From Mustelus asterias (Eukaryota): 64,000 nucleotides of DNA. The DNA lies in contig NW_027590135.1 of NCBI RefSeq assembly GCF_964213995.1, positions 930,001 through 994,000 of the forward strand, written 5' to 3'. The notes under the pieces were generated by a model. That model was not told the origin of the DNA, searched no databases, and saw nothing but the letters and a program-made list of their open reading frames with translations. Positions within the stretch are counted from its first letter, which is position 1; the number at the start of each line of letters is the position of its first letter. Shown piece by piece: positions 38,238-51,976 of the stretch. The position numbers were made by a program, and so were the translations under genes.

Positions 38238-39650
38238 TGTGTGTGAGTGTGGGATTTACTCACTCTATGATGCAGTGTGTGAGTGTAGGATTTACTCACT
38301 CTCTGATACAGTGTGAGTGTGGGATTTACTCACTCTCTGATACAGAGTGTGAGTGTGGGATTTACTCACTCTCTGATACAGTGTGAGTGTGGGATTTACT
38401 CACTCTCTGATACCGTGTGTGAGTGTGGGATTTACTCACTCTGATACAGTGTGAGAGTGTGGGATTTACTCACTCTGATACAGGGTGTGTGTGTGTGGGA
38501 TTTACTCACTCTCTGATACAGTGTGTGTGTGTGTGGGATTTACTCACTCTCTGATACAGTGTGTGTGTGTGGGATTTACTCACTCTCTGATACAGTGTGT
38601 GATTGTGGGATTTACTCACTCTGATACAGTGTGTGTGTGTGTGGGATTTACTCACTCTCTGATACAGTGTGTGAGTGTGGGATTTACTCACTCTCTGATA
38701 CAGTGTGTGTGTGTGGGATTTACTCACTATCTGATACAGTGTGTGTGGGATTTACTCAGTCTCTGATACAGTGTGTGAGTGTGGGATTTACTCACTCTCT
38801 GCTACAGTGTGTGTGTGTGGGATTTAGTCACTCTCTGATACAGTGTGAGAGTGTGGGATTTACTCACTCTCTGACACAGTGTCAGTGTGGGATTTACTCA
38901 CTCTATGATACAGTGTGTGAGCGTGGGATTTACTCACTCTGATACAGTGTGAGAGTGTGGTATTTACTCACTCTGATACAGTGTGTGTGTGTGGGGGATT
39001 TACTCACTCTCTGATACAGTGTGTGTGTGTGGGATTTACTCACTCTCTGATACAGTGTGTGTGTGTGGGATTTACTCACTCTCTGATACAGTGTGTGAGT
39101 GTGGGATTTACTCACTCTGATACAGTGTGTGTGTGTGTGTGATTTACTCACTCTCTGATACAGTGTGTGAGTGTGGGATTTTCTCACTCTCTGATACAGT
39201 GTGTGTGTGTGGGATTTACTCACTCTCTGATACAGTGTGAGAGTGTGGGATTTACTCACTCTCTGATACAGTGTGTGTGGGATTTACTCACTCTCTGATA
39301 CAGTGTGTGAGTGTGGGATTTACTCACTATCTGATACTTTGTGAGTGTGGGCTTTACTCACTCTCTGATACAGTGTGAGTGTGGGATTTACTCACTCTCT
39401 GATACAGTTTGTGTGTGTGGGATTTAGTCACTCTCTGACACAGTGTGTGAGTGTGGGATTTACTCACTCTCTGATACAGTGTGTTTGTGTGGGATTTACT
39501 CACTCTCTGATACAGTGTGTGTGTGGGATTTACTCACTCTGATACAGTGTGTGTGTGTGGGATTTAGTCACTCTCTGACACAATGTGTGAGTGTGAGATT
39601 TACTCACTCTGATTCAGTGTGTTTGTGTGGGATTTACGCACTCTCTGATG
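38238..39650 (+). repeat. Minisatellite/satellite, ~31-35-bp unit GTGGGATTTACTCACTCTCTGATACA(GT)n
   Basis: Roughly 40-45 tandem units varying in (GT)n and (CT)n length. Confidence 0.97.
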
Positions 39651-39734
39651 CTGTCTGTGCGATTTATTTTATCATTCTCAGTACCTTGGAATCTTTCAAA
39701 CCAATTCTGCATCTGATTATCCTCTGTGCTGTCT

Positions 39735-40085
39735 GGGAGAGTGGGATTCAATCTGTCAGTCGGTGGTACTCTTTCTGAGAGTGGGATTAATTCTGTCAAT
39801 TGGTGATACTCTATGTGAGAGTGGGATTCATAATTTCACATGGTGGTACTGTATGTGACATTGGGGGTACTGTATGTGACATTGGGATTAATTCTGTCAG
39901 TCGGTGGTGCTGTGTGTGACATTGGGATTAATTCTGTCAGTCGGTGGTGCTTTGTGTGAGAGTGGGATTAATTCTGTAAATCGGTGGTGCTGTGTGCGAG
40001 AGTGGGATTAATTCTGTCAGTCGGTGGTGCTGTATGAGAGATTGGGATTAATTCTGTTAGTTAATGGTGGTGTCTGTGAGAGTGT
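39735..40085 (+). repeat. Related ~40-bp tandem repeat GAGTGGGATTAATTCTGTCAGTCGGTGGTGCTGTGTGT
   Basis: About 8 diverged units sharing the GTGGGATT core with the adjacent satellite. Confidence 0.85.
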
Positions 40086-41754
40086 AATTAGAACTGGGCC
40101 CTATTCCTGTGAATTAATAAAAAAACTCATCTCCTGCAGCCACCAGTGATCACTGACCCTCTGGATGTTTGTCCAGGATTTACATCCTGAATTTGGAAAA
40201 TGATGTTTGAATCCAAGCAAACCACAGCAGCTCCTCAGAATTAAAAGAAGGAAACTGAACCCAAACTTGTGAATTGCTCATTTCAGAAGTTGAATCAAAT
40301 GAAAACACTTATATTTCAATCGGAGAATTGGATTGGGGACCAGACAGCTCAGGACAACTAAATCTGAGAATGGAAAGGGTAATGAAGAAGAGAATTGGAG
40401 CTGACTGCAGTGGGATAGATCCTAAGATACAACAAAGGATTGATTAAAGCTGTTTTGTAACAGTGTTGCTGAATGAAGCTGATGTCGAGTTATCAATATT
40501 GTTTTTGAAACAAGCTGTCAGCAGCATTGCCTTAGACAATGAACCCTGCGAAGCATTGATTTTGAGGGGATATGATTGGTGTTTATGAAGGGAACACATT
40601 CTTTCCGTGTGGATCGATTATTTTAGTTTGATGGGCACGAGAGACACAGAAAAAGGAGAAATTAACAGAAAAGAGAAATAAAAACAAGGCTCTAGGGACG
40701 TGATGGGTGAGTGGGAGTAGCTGAGTTGCTTTTGAATAGGGTAGGTACAGATCAATGGGCAGACTGGTCTCTTTGTGTGCTTTACCCATTCTATAACTGC
40801 TAAACAAAAAAGAGACAGCCTGTTGAAGCTTCTGATTTTGCACTCAAAAGAACAAATGCAAGAATGCCAAATGTCAAAGGGAGGAACAAGTGCTGGAAAA
40901 AAAGGATGCTGATCGTTGACAAGTGAACTCTAATTGGTCAAGACGTTGTCATGGGGAGGGCACAAAGAAAACTTAGCCCTGTATATTTCTGTTCAATTCA
41001 ACATAGGCACAATGCCTGGACACGTTCTAATTTTAATTCTAATTTTTGCCTTGTATTAAATCACTTTCTGTGTGAGCACAATTGTGGAGGATCATGCATC
41101 TTTTCATCTAACACGCCATTGTTAAGTAAAGGTAAGTGTAATTCACATTTTAATAATCAAATTGATGCCTTCATCATTCACTCTGTTTGGGAGAACTTTA
41201 TACTTGAATGTTGAACTCAGTTTGACTGAGAATTATTACAATTTCTACCCTCCGCGTATAAGTCAGGTATGTGATCTGTATCTCAGTTTGCACCAATTTA
41301 TATGTATCCTTATTACAATAATCAGTGTGTGTCTCAGATTATACTATCATTCAGTTCTATCTGGTATTCAATTGAATTGCAACTAAGGCTACAATATTGT
41401 AGGACTGACACACTGACAATCTGATAGCGGGTGAGAATTTGGACTGGGATTTATGTATCTACCTGTCAGTGGTACTGACTTGGGATGACATGGAAACAAT
41501 GTCTGTCTCTCCTGCTCTGATTGATTGTTGGATTGAAAATGTGTCTCTGCAACCGGTTCTGCTGCCTGAGACTGTGGAACTGATGCACTCTGAGAGAGAA
41601 CAGACATACTGTGTGTGAGGAGCTCGCTGCACTGTTCATTGCGACTCAGGTGAGGAAACTTCAAACTAACCTTGATTGATTCAATGATTTGCCAGTCAGG
41701 AATAATTTACTCATTGTAGCCCAATTACAGGTGAGGGAATAATACACAGCCCTT

Positions 41755-44700
41755 TTTCAATTTGATTTACTGTTGTCACATGTATTGGCATACTGTGAAA
41801 AGTATTTTTTTTTGTGCGCTATACAAGCAAAGCATACCATTCATAGAGTACATGGGGAGAAAGAAATGACAGAGTGCAGAATGTAGTGTTACATTCATAA
41901 CTAGTCTGTAGCGAAAGATCAATATAAGGCAGGTCCATTCAAAAGTCTGATGGCAGCAGGGAAGATGCGGTTCTTGAGTTGGTTGGTACATGATCTCAGA
42001 CATTTGTATCTTTTTCCTGCTGGAAGAAGGTGGAAGAGAGTATGTCCGGGGTGCGTGGGGGTCTTTGATGATGCTGGCTGCTTTTCTGACGTGATGGGAA
42101 GTGCAGACGGAGTCAATGGATGGGAGGGTGGTTTGTGTGATGGACTGGGCTACTATAAGAACTGTTCGTAGTGTTAGGCGGTCTTGGTAAGAGCAGGAGC
42201 CATACCAAGCTGAGATACATCTGGAAAGGGTATTTTCTTTGGTGCATCTGTAAAACCTGGTGAGAGTCAGAGCGGAAATGCTGAATTTCCTCAGTCTCCT
42301 GAGAAATTAGAGGTCTTACTTAACTATAGTGTCAGGGTGGAAGGACCAGGACAAGTTATAGGTGATCTCAACACCCAGAAACCTGAAGCTCTCAACAATT
42401 TCCATTTCATCCCCATTGATGTAGACAGGGGCATGTCATCCACTATGCTTCCTGAAGTTAATGACAATCCCCTTTGTCTGGTTGACATTGAGGGAGAGAT
42501 TATTGCCGTCTCACTAATTTACCAGATTCTCTGTCTCATTCCTGTAGTCCGTCTCATCATTGTTTGAGCTCCGATCCACTATGGTGGTATCATCAGCAAA
42601 CTTGAAAATAGATTTGAAGCGGAATTTGGCCACACAGTCATAAGGGGAGAAGGAGCATCGTAAGGGGTTGAGGATACAGCCTTGTGGGGCACTGGTGTTG
42701 AGAATAATCGTGGAGAAGGTGTCGTTGCTTATCTTTACTAATTGCGGTCTGTGGGTTAGGAAGTCTAGGATCCAGTCACAGAGGGAGGAGCCAAACCCGA
42801 GCCATGGAGTTTGAAGATGGGTTTTGTGGGAATAATGGTGTTGAAGGCTGAGCTGTAATCAATAAATGGGAATCTGACATGAGTCTTTATTATCCAGGTG
42901 TTCCAGGGTTGAGTGTACGGTCAGGAAGATGGCATCGACAGTGGACCTGTTGTGGCAGTAGGTGAACTGTAGTGGATCCAGGCAATCTGGGAGGCTGGAG
43001 TTGATCCGTGCCATGACTAACCTTTCGAAGCACTTCATAATGATGGATGTCAGAGCTACCAGGCAATAGTCATGAAGGCACTATGCCTGGCTTTTCTTTG
43101 GTACACGGATGATGTCATCTTCTTGAAGCAGATAGGGACCTCAGATTGGTGGAAGGAGAGGTTAAAGATGTCTGCGAATACCCCTGCCAGCTGGTCCACG
43201 CAGGATCCGAGTGCCTGTCCCCGTACCCCATCCAGGCCAGTCGCTTGCCGTGGGTTGACTTTCAAGAAGGCTGATCTGAAGTCTGTGATGGTGACCTCGG
43301 ATACAGGTTCGGCCAAGGCTTTCAGAGTGGAGGGCATCCTCTCTCTTCCTCAAAACAGACATAGAATGCATTGAGCTCATCAGGGAGAGGGGCATTGTCG
43401 CTGGCAATTCTACATTCCTTCATCTGGTAGCCTGTTATGTCTTTCAGACCTTACCATAAACGGTGGGAGTACATGTGGCGAGCCAAGGACTCTAGCTTGG
43501 TCCGGTACTGGCACTTGGCATCTTTGATGGTTCCCTGTAAATCATATCTGGATTTCTTTACAGTTCAGGGTCCCCTGACTGGAACCCCTCGGACCTGGAC
43601 TTCAGGAAGCAGTGGATATCCCTGTTCATCCATGCTTTCCGGTTGGGAAAAACATGGATTTGCTTCTTTGGCTCAGTCTTCTATGCAATTACTAATGAAG
43701 TCAGTTACTGTAGTGACGTACTCATTCAGGGTGCTTGCAGAGTTTTTAAATATTGACCAGTGCATTGACTCGAAGCAGTCACGTAGGAGATCATCCGATT
43801 CCTCAGACCAACAATGCGTGACTTTCTTTAATCGGATTCTCCTGCTTCAGTTTTTTGCTTGTAAGCTGGGAGCAGGAGCACAGCCTTGTGATCTGATTTG
43901 CCAAAGTTTGGGCGGGTGATAGAACGATAGGCATGTTTGACTTTTGTGTAACAGTGGTCGAGGATGTTTGGGCCTCTGGTGGGACAGGTGACATGTTGGT
44001 AGTACCTTGGTAAGACACTCTTGAGATTGGCCTGGTTGAAGTCCCCGGCCTCGATGAACAAGGCCTCGGGATATTTTGTCTCAAGGCTGTTTGTGGTGGT
44101 AGATATTTCATCCAGCGCGACCTTCATGTCTGCCTGGGGTGGAATGTAAACTGCTGTCAGGATAACAGAGGTGAACTCCCGTGGAAGGTTGTCGGGGCAG
44201 CATTTCAGCGTCAGGTATTCTAGGTCCGAGGAGCAGAAACTCGCCAGTGTTGTGACATCGGAGCACCAAGAGGTGTTGATTAGAAGGCAGACGCCACCTG
44301 CGCAAGCCTTATCTGAGGCCGCTGTACGGTCCATTCGGTGGATGGAGAAGCCCTGAGGTTGTAGGGCACTGTCCGGTGAAGCAGGTGTGGTCTGTGTCTC
44401 CGTGAAACAGAGCACACAGCAGTCTCTCAGTTCCCTTTGAAAAGTGAGTCTGGTTTTAAGTTCATCGAGATTGTGTTCCAGAGATTGAACATTTGCCAGG
44501 AGTAAGCTGGGGAGGGGGGCCTTGGAACCACATTGTTTCAGTCTCACCTGCAAGCCTGCGCGTTTCCCACGCTTCCTGGGGTGGCTGCTTCCTGTCGTGC
44601 CTGTGAGACGGTGTTTAGTCTGTGGGATCAAGGGTGTAGCTGTATCCTGTTTCCGCTTTGGTTGGTGTGTGGGTGGAGGATTTGTTGCCATGGTCACGGT

Positions 44701-44800
44701 TCCTGCGTCGGCAGTCGGGTCTGAGCGGTCGGGAGTTCCGGGTCGCTGTCGGGCTGCGGTTTGAGTTTGGACGGTGTTCACACCACACTCCGGCATGGAC
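41755..44800 (-). mobile_element. Rex1/Babar-like LINE, near full-length, degenerate
   Basis: LLLANVQSL, LCFTET, AVYIPP, GDFN, SDH endonuclease; KVNPRQATGLDG RT; AAATCAAAT-type tail. Confidence 0.85.
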
Positions 44801-46085
44801 GGGTTGAAGGCCGGTTAGTGGATGGGGTCTCTGGAGTCACAGCTGGGTCCACGTGTTCGGGTTCTCCGGGTCACCGCCAGGTCAGGGTCTTCCTTCCGAG
44901 GTCAGAGGATCTCTGGCCTTGCAAATAAATTTAAAAGAGCAGTTTTAGTAATTTATAAATCTCACTACATAATCATAATGAACAGCCACAAAGGAACCCC
45001 AGTGATACAAACATTGTCAATGTGTGACTGCAGTCCTTAGTGTCTGCGTACGAGATGCATGATCAGTGGCGGTAGGCGCTACAACAATTCAATGACATTC
45101 AGATAGAACTGAAACCCTGCACTGCTCCATGAATGGGATAACCGGATGGAGCAGGGACATTTGTAATGTTCATGTTTCCATTCATTGCTCCGGTGTGATT
45201 AACCAGATCGTAATCAAAACCAAACAGTCTCTGTTTAAAATGTGTCCATCCTCGTTCTCACCTGGTGCCTGCAAGAGCTGCTCTTTGTCTAACTCCCCAC
45301 ATCCTGACTGTCTGCCTCTGCTTCCAATCTTCACTGTCCAATAACAACAAACCAGGGGAGACTGGAATTAGAGTCATTACCGTATGGAAGGAGGCCATTC
45401 GCCACATCCAGTCCATGCTGGTTCTCCGTGGAGCAATCCAGTCAGTCCCATTCTCCTGCTCTATCCCCATCGCCCGACAAGTTTATTTCCCTCAAATGTC
45501 CCTCCAAATTCCTCTTTGAAATAATTCATCATCTCGGCTTCCAACCTCAGAGACAGCAACTTCCAGGTTGTCACTCGCTGCATGAGAAGTTCTTCCACAC
45601 ATCCCCCCAGTGTGTCTTCCAAAACCTTCAACTTGTGCCCCCTAGTCCTTATACTATCAGTGAATGGAATCAGCTTTTCTTTGTCTACCTGAACCACACC
45701 AGCCATAATCCTGTCCACCTCTATCAGACCTCTCTCTCAATCTGCCTTGCTCCAAAAAGATCAACCCCAGCTTCTGTAACCTAACTTTGTGGCTAAAATC
45801 CCTCATTGCTGAAACCATTCTGGTCAATCTCCTCTGCACCCGCTGAACCACCGTCACATGTTTCCTCAAGTGTGCTGAGCAGAACTGGACTCAATGCTTC
45901 AGCTGTGATCCAATCAGAGTTTTCTAAAGGCTCAGCATAACTTGCATGATTCTGTACTCAATGCCTGTGTCCTCATGGAGAGGGTCACTCATGTGGACGA
46001 GGAGGGTTTGAACTAAACTGGCACGGGATGGGCACCATTATATAGAAGTGGAAAAGAGGAATATCTGGAGAAAGAAAAAGAAAAT

Positions 46086-47720
46086 CACCGGCTCCAACGC
46101 ACGCCTCCCTGATGAGCTCAATGCATTCTGTGCCCGCTCTGAGCAAGAGGTCAGCGAGAGCACGCCCTCCACCCTGGAAGCCTGAGATGAATCTGTATCC
46201 GAGGTCACCATTGCAAATGTCAGAGCAGCTTTCTCAAAGGTCAACCCAAGGAAAGTGACTGCCTTGGATGGGGTACCCAGACGAGCACTCAGATCCTGCA
46301 TGGATCAGCTGGCGGGGGGATTCGCAGACATCTTCAACCTCTTTTTACAACAATCTCAGGTCCCTACCTGCTTCAAGACGACGACCATCATCCCAGTACC
46401 AAAGAAAAGCTAAGCAGCGTGCCTCAATGACCATTATCCAGTGGCTCAGACATCCATCATTAGGAAGTGCATCGAAAGATTAGACATGGCACAAATCAAT
46501 TCCAGCCTCCCAGACTATCTGGATCCACTACAGTTCGCCTACCAGCGCAACAGTACACAGCAAACACCATCTCCCTGCACCTGCACTCAGCCCTGGAACA
46601 CCTAGATAACAAAGAGACTTACAGCAGACTTCTATTTATTGACTACAGCTCAGCCTTCAACACCAATATTCATCTCCAAACTCCGTGGCCTGGACCTCGG
46701 CTCCTCTCTCTGCGACTGGATACTGAACTTCATAACCCACAGACCACAATCAGAAACGATAAGAACAACACCTCCTTCACGATCATCCCCAACACTGGTG
46801 CCCCACAAGGCTGTGTTCTCAGCCCCCTACTATACTCCTGAGACACCTGTGACTGTGTGGCCAAATTCCCCTCCAATTCGATTTTCAAGTTTGCTGACGA
46901 CACCACCGCAGTGGGCCAGATCGCAAACAATGATGAGAGAGTTCAGGAACGAGATAGAGAATCTGGTGAACTGATGCGGTGACAATAATCTGTCCCCCAA
47001 TGTCAACAAAATGAAGTAGATTGTCATCTACTTCAGGAAGCATAAGAGAGAACATGCCCCTGTCTACATTAACGGGGACGAAGTAGAAATGGTGGAGAGC
47101 TTCATGTTTTTAGGTGTCCAGGTCACCAACAACCTGTCCTGGTTCCCCCCCCCCATGCCGACACTATAGTTAAGAAAGCCCCACCAACACCTCTACTTTC
47201 TCAGAAGACTAAAGAAATTTAGCATATCAGCTACGACTCTCACCAACTGTTAGAGATGCACCATAGAAAGCATTATTTCTGGTTGTATCACAACTTGGTT
47301 TGGCTCCTGCTCTGCCCAAGACTGCAAGAAACTACAAAATGTTGTGAATGTAGCCCAATCCATCACGCAAACCAGCCTCCCATTCATTGACTCTGGATAC
47401 ACTTCCTGCTGCCAGCCAGCAGAATTCAGGACCCCACTCACCCCGAACATTATCTCTTCCACCTTCTTCCATTGAGAAAAAGATAGAAAAGTCTGAGGTT
47501 ACGTACCCACTGACTCAAGAACAGTTTCTTCCCTGCTGCTGCCAGACTTTTGAATGGACCTACCTTGCATTAAGTTGATCTTTCTCTACACCCTAGCTAT
47601 GACTACATTCTGCACTCTCTCCTTTCCTTCTCTATGAAAGGTATGCTTTGTCGATATAGCGCGCAAGAAACAGTAATTTTCACTGTATACTCATACACGT
47701 GAAAATAATAAATCAAATCA
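46086..47720 (+). mobile_element. Rex1/Babar-like LINE 3' part
   Basis: [33 protein letters not shown]; ends AATAAATCAAATCA. Confidence 0.88.
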
Positions 47721-47804
47721 TATAAGGTAGGAGTATATGAAGAAGGAATCTCAGTGGAATACAAGGATAGGTTTGGAAAGCATGTGTGTAATCACACAAA
47801 GTGT

Positions 47805-48709
47805 CATAGAGTCAGAGGTTTACAGCAGGGAAACAGGCCCTTTGGCCCAACTGGTCCATGCCACCCCGTTTTTTAACCCCTAATCTCGTCCCAATTGCCT
47901 GCATTTGGTCCATATCCCTCTATACCCATCTTACCCATCTAACTATCTAAACACTTCTTAACAGACAAAATTGTACCCACCTCTACTACTACTTCTGGCA
48001 GCTTGTTCCAGACACATACCACCCTCTGGGTGAAAGAATTGCCCCTCTGGACCCTTTTATATCTCTCCCCTCTCACCTTAAACCTATGCCCTCTCGTTTT
48101 AGACTCCCCTACATTTGGGAAAAGATATCGACTATCTAGCTGCTCTTTGCCCCGCATTATTTTATAACACTCTATAACATCACCCCTCAGCCTCGTACGC
48201 TTCAGAGAAAAAAGTCCCAGTCGATCCAGCCTCTCCTTATAACTCAAACCATCAAGTCCCGGTAGCATCCTATAAATTTTTTCTGCACTCTTTCTTATTT
48301 AATAATATCCTTTCTATAATGTGACCAGAACTGTACACAGTATTCCAAGTGTGGCCTGATCAATGTCTTGTACAACTTCAACAAGACATCCCAACTCCTG
48401 TATTCAATATTCTGACCAATGAAACGAAGCATGCTGAATGTCTTCTTCACCATTCTGTCCACCTGTGTCTTCACTTTCAAGGAGCTATGAATCTGTACCC
48501 CGAGATCTCTTTGTTCTATAACTCTCCCCAACGACCTACTATTAACAGAGTAAATCCTGCCCTGGTTCGATCGACCAAAATGCATCACCTTGCATTTGTC
48601 TAAATTAAACTCCATCTGCCATTCGTCAGCCCACTGGCCCAATTGATCACAATACTGTTGCAATCCTAGATAACCTTCTTCACTGTCCACTATGCCAGCA
48701 ATCTTGGTA
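47805..48709 (-). mobile_element. CR1-like LINE 3' fragment
   Basis: ORFs 47939-48268 and 48295-48744; same subfamily as 27011 and 49270. Confidence 0.9.
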
Positions 48710-49269
48710 GCATAGTGGACAGTGTAGTGAATACATAGGAACACAAGAGAGTGTCAATGTTGTAAATGCGGTCTGGAAATGGAGAACACCGGGCAATTAT
48801 TATTCAATACAATGTGAACAGAATAGAGAGAAGGGTAAAAGGTAGGTGTGGTGAGAAGGAAATAGAGCAGCAAATCTATGGGCAGATCATTCATTGTAGA
48901 TACAGAATTAATTCCATTCTCACACAGACTGACAGGGAGCTTGACCACATGATCCAAGTGTCTGGAGGTGGTCACTTGAGTAACAGTGATCATTGTATCA
49001 CAAGCTTGATATTAGCAAGGAACAATCTAAAGTAGCACTTCTGAATGGGAAGAGGACTAACCTCAATGGGAGGAGCTGGGATTGAGCCAGAGTAAACTGG
49101 AGCCAAAATCTGACAGGAAAAACTGTAACAGAACAATGGGTGATCTTTCAGGAGATGTTTCAGGTACAGACTCGGTACATTCTAATCAGGGTGAAAGGGA
49201 GGGGAACCAAAGCCAGGGCTCCTTGGAGGATGAGGAAGATAGAAAGTATAATGAAACAATGAAGAGGCC

Positions 49270-50450
49270 ATTTGATTTAGTTTTTTGAAGGGGTAACCAA
49301 GAAGGTAGATGAGGGCAGTGCAGTTGATGTTGTCTACATGGACTTTAGCAAGGCCTTTGACAAGGTACCACATGGTAGGTTGTTGCATAAGGTTAAATCT
49401 CACGGGATCTACGGTGGTTGCAGAGAGTTGTTTTTCAAACTGGAGGCCTGTGACCAGCGGTGTGCCTCAGGGATCTGTGCTGGGTCCACTGTTATTTGTC
49501 ATTTCTCTTAATGATTTGATGAGAATATATGAGGAATGGTTAGTAAGTTTGCAGATGACACTATGATTGGTGGCAGAGTGGACAGTGAAGAAAGTTATCT
49601 CCAATTGCACGGGGATCTTGATCATTGGACCAGTGGGCTGACGAATGGCAGATGGAGTTTAATTTACACAAATGTGAGGTGATGCATTTTGGTAGATTGA
49701 ACCAGGGCAGGACTGACTCAGTTAATAGTAGGGCGTTGGGGAAAGTTACAGAACAAAGAGATTTAGGGGTACATGTTCATAGCTCCTTGAAAGTGGAGTC
49801 ACAGGTGGACAGAGTGGTGAAGAAGGCATTCGGCATGCTTGGTTTCATTGGTCAGAACACTGAATACAGGACTTGGAATGTCTTGTTGAAGTTGTACAAA
49901 ACATTGGTAAAGCCACACTTGGAATACTGTGTACGATTCTGGTCACCCTGTTATAGAAAGGATATTATTAAACTCGAAAGAGAGCAGAAAATATTTACTG
50001 GGATGCTACCGGGACTTGATGGATTGAGTTATAAGGGGAGGCTGGATAGACTGGGACTTTTTCCTCTGGAGCGTAGGAGGTGATCTTATAGAGGTCTATA
50101 AAATAATGAGGGGCCCAGATCAGCTAGATAGTCTATATCTTTTCCCAAAGGTAGGGGAGTCGAAAACTAGAGGGCATAGGTTTAAGGTGAGAGGGGAGAG
50201 ATACAAAAGTGTGCAGAGGGGCAATTTTTTCACACAGAGGATGGTGAGTGTCTGGAACAAGCTGCCACTGGTAGTAGTAGAGGCGGGTACAATTTTGTCT
50301 TTTAAAAAGCATTTAGACAGTTACATGGGTACAATGGGTATAGAGGGATATGGGCCAAATGCGGGCAATTGGGATTACCTTGAGTTTTTTTTTAAAAAGG
50401 GCGGCATGGACAAGTTTGGCTGAAGGGCCTGTTTCCATGTTGTAAACGTC
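49270..50450 (+). mobile_element. CR1-like LINE 3' fragment
   Basis: [21 protein letters not shown], ORFs 49625-50083 and 50106-50423. Confidence 0.9.
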
Positions 50451-51254
50451 TCCAATTTAAGATGGAGATTAGGAGGAATTACTTATTTTAAGGGAACCTT
50501 AATTTTTGTCATTGAATAGATTCAATCTTGAGTTAGACAGATTTTTGAGCTACAAGAGAATCAAGGGTTATGGGGACAGGCACTGAAGTGGAGTGGAGGC
50601 CACAATCAGATCAGCCATGATCTTACTGAATGGCAGAACAGGCCTGATGGGCTGAATGGCCTTCTCCTGCTCCTTTTTCTTATGTTCTGATAGTGTGTGT
50701 GTGGGACTAACTCCTTTTCTCAGTCTCTGTTACAGTTTTCAGTGTGGAATTAACTCAGTCTGATCCTGCATTTCAATGTGGAATTGATTCTCTGTCCAAC
50801 ACTTATTGTATGTGAGTGTGCAATGTTTCTTTAACTGTACAAGACACAGTTAATGATCTTTGATCAGAAGTGTTTTGACCCTACTGCTCTCAAATTTACT
50901 CAGAATTAAACCCATCACTTTCTCCTGCTACTACACACCAAAGTCACCCAAACAAAAACATACCTTCACAGAAACTGAGGGGCCGAATTCCAAAACCAAC
51001 ATCCAGCTTGATTCAAAATCGCTCTTAATTTGTCTATTTCAGGCCTCAGTTTTCTGAGCAACAGCTGCAATAATTCACAGGTGAAATCATGTGGACGCTG
51101 GACATCTGAAACAAGGTGTAAATTCTGGAATACACAACAGGTCAGGCAGCATCTGTGGAGAGAGAAACAGAGTTCATGTTTCAGCTCACTGACAATCAGC
51201 CTACAATAAACTACTTGCTGATATCTGCTCGTGGCAGCCACAGTTCCCACATGA

Positions 51255-51606
51255 GGAGGTAATGGTGTAGTGGTATTGTCACTGGATGAGTGACCCAGAG
51301 GTCCAGTGCAATTCAATGGGAACTGATTATCACCTCAGCACAGTGTGCAATTTGAGCTCAATTAAAATCTGGAATTAAAGGTCTAATGATGGCCATGTTG
51401 TAAAAACCCATTTGGTTCACTGATACCCCTTTAGGAAACGAAATCCACCCACATTACCTGTTCTGGCCTACCTGTGACTCCAGACCCACAGTATGTTTTT
51501 GACTCTTTAATGCCCTCTGAAATGGCCTAACAAACCACTCAGTTCAAGGGAAATTAGTGCAATAAATGCTGGCCAAGCCAGTGATGAACACATCACATGA
51601 ATGAAA
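51255..51606 (+). mobile_element. tRNA-headed SINE of a second family
   Basis: TGGTGTAGTGG A-box head; AAAAACCCATTTGGTTCAC..GTGACTCCAGACCCACAG body; GCAATAAATGCTGGCC tail. Confidence 0.7.
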
Positions 51607-51976
51607 ACAATTCTCTGCGCCCCAGAAAGCGCTCTATCCAACACACTGACTTGCCCAGGCACTGAGAGTGGGCACGCTCCCCAGGGGCACCCGCGGGGCA
51701 ATCGGTGCTGGAACTTTCCCCACTGCCATTTCTCTCCCATTCCACCAAGCTGCCTGTGTCCTTTTGAAGTTTCCCACTTTCCTCCTCACAGTTGCCAATG
51801 CCTCCAAGTTTGCTGGCGTGTGGAAATGTTGAGCTTGTGGCCTGTACACCAAGGTGTGTGTCATTAATATATATCAGGAAGAGCAGGGCTCCGAACACCG
51901 AGCCCTGGGGAACTCCACTGGAAACCTTCCTCCAGTCTGAGAAACAACCATTAAGCACTGCTCTCTGTTTCCTCTC

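Noticed and set aside
38238-39650. CRISPR-like array or repetitive Cys/Val ORFs
   Set aside because: No unique spacers, only (GT)n length variation; eukaryotic context; the ORFs are satellite translations
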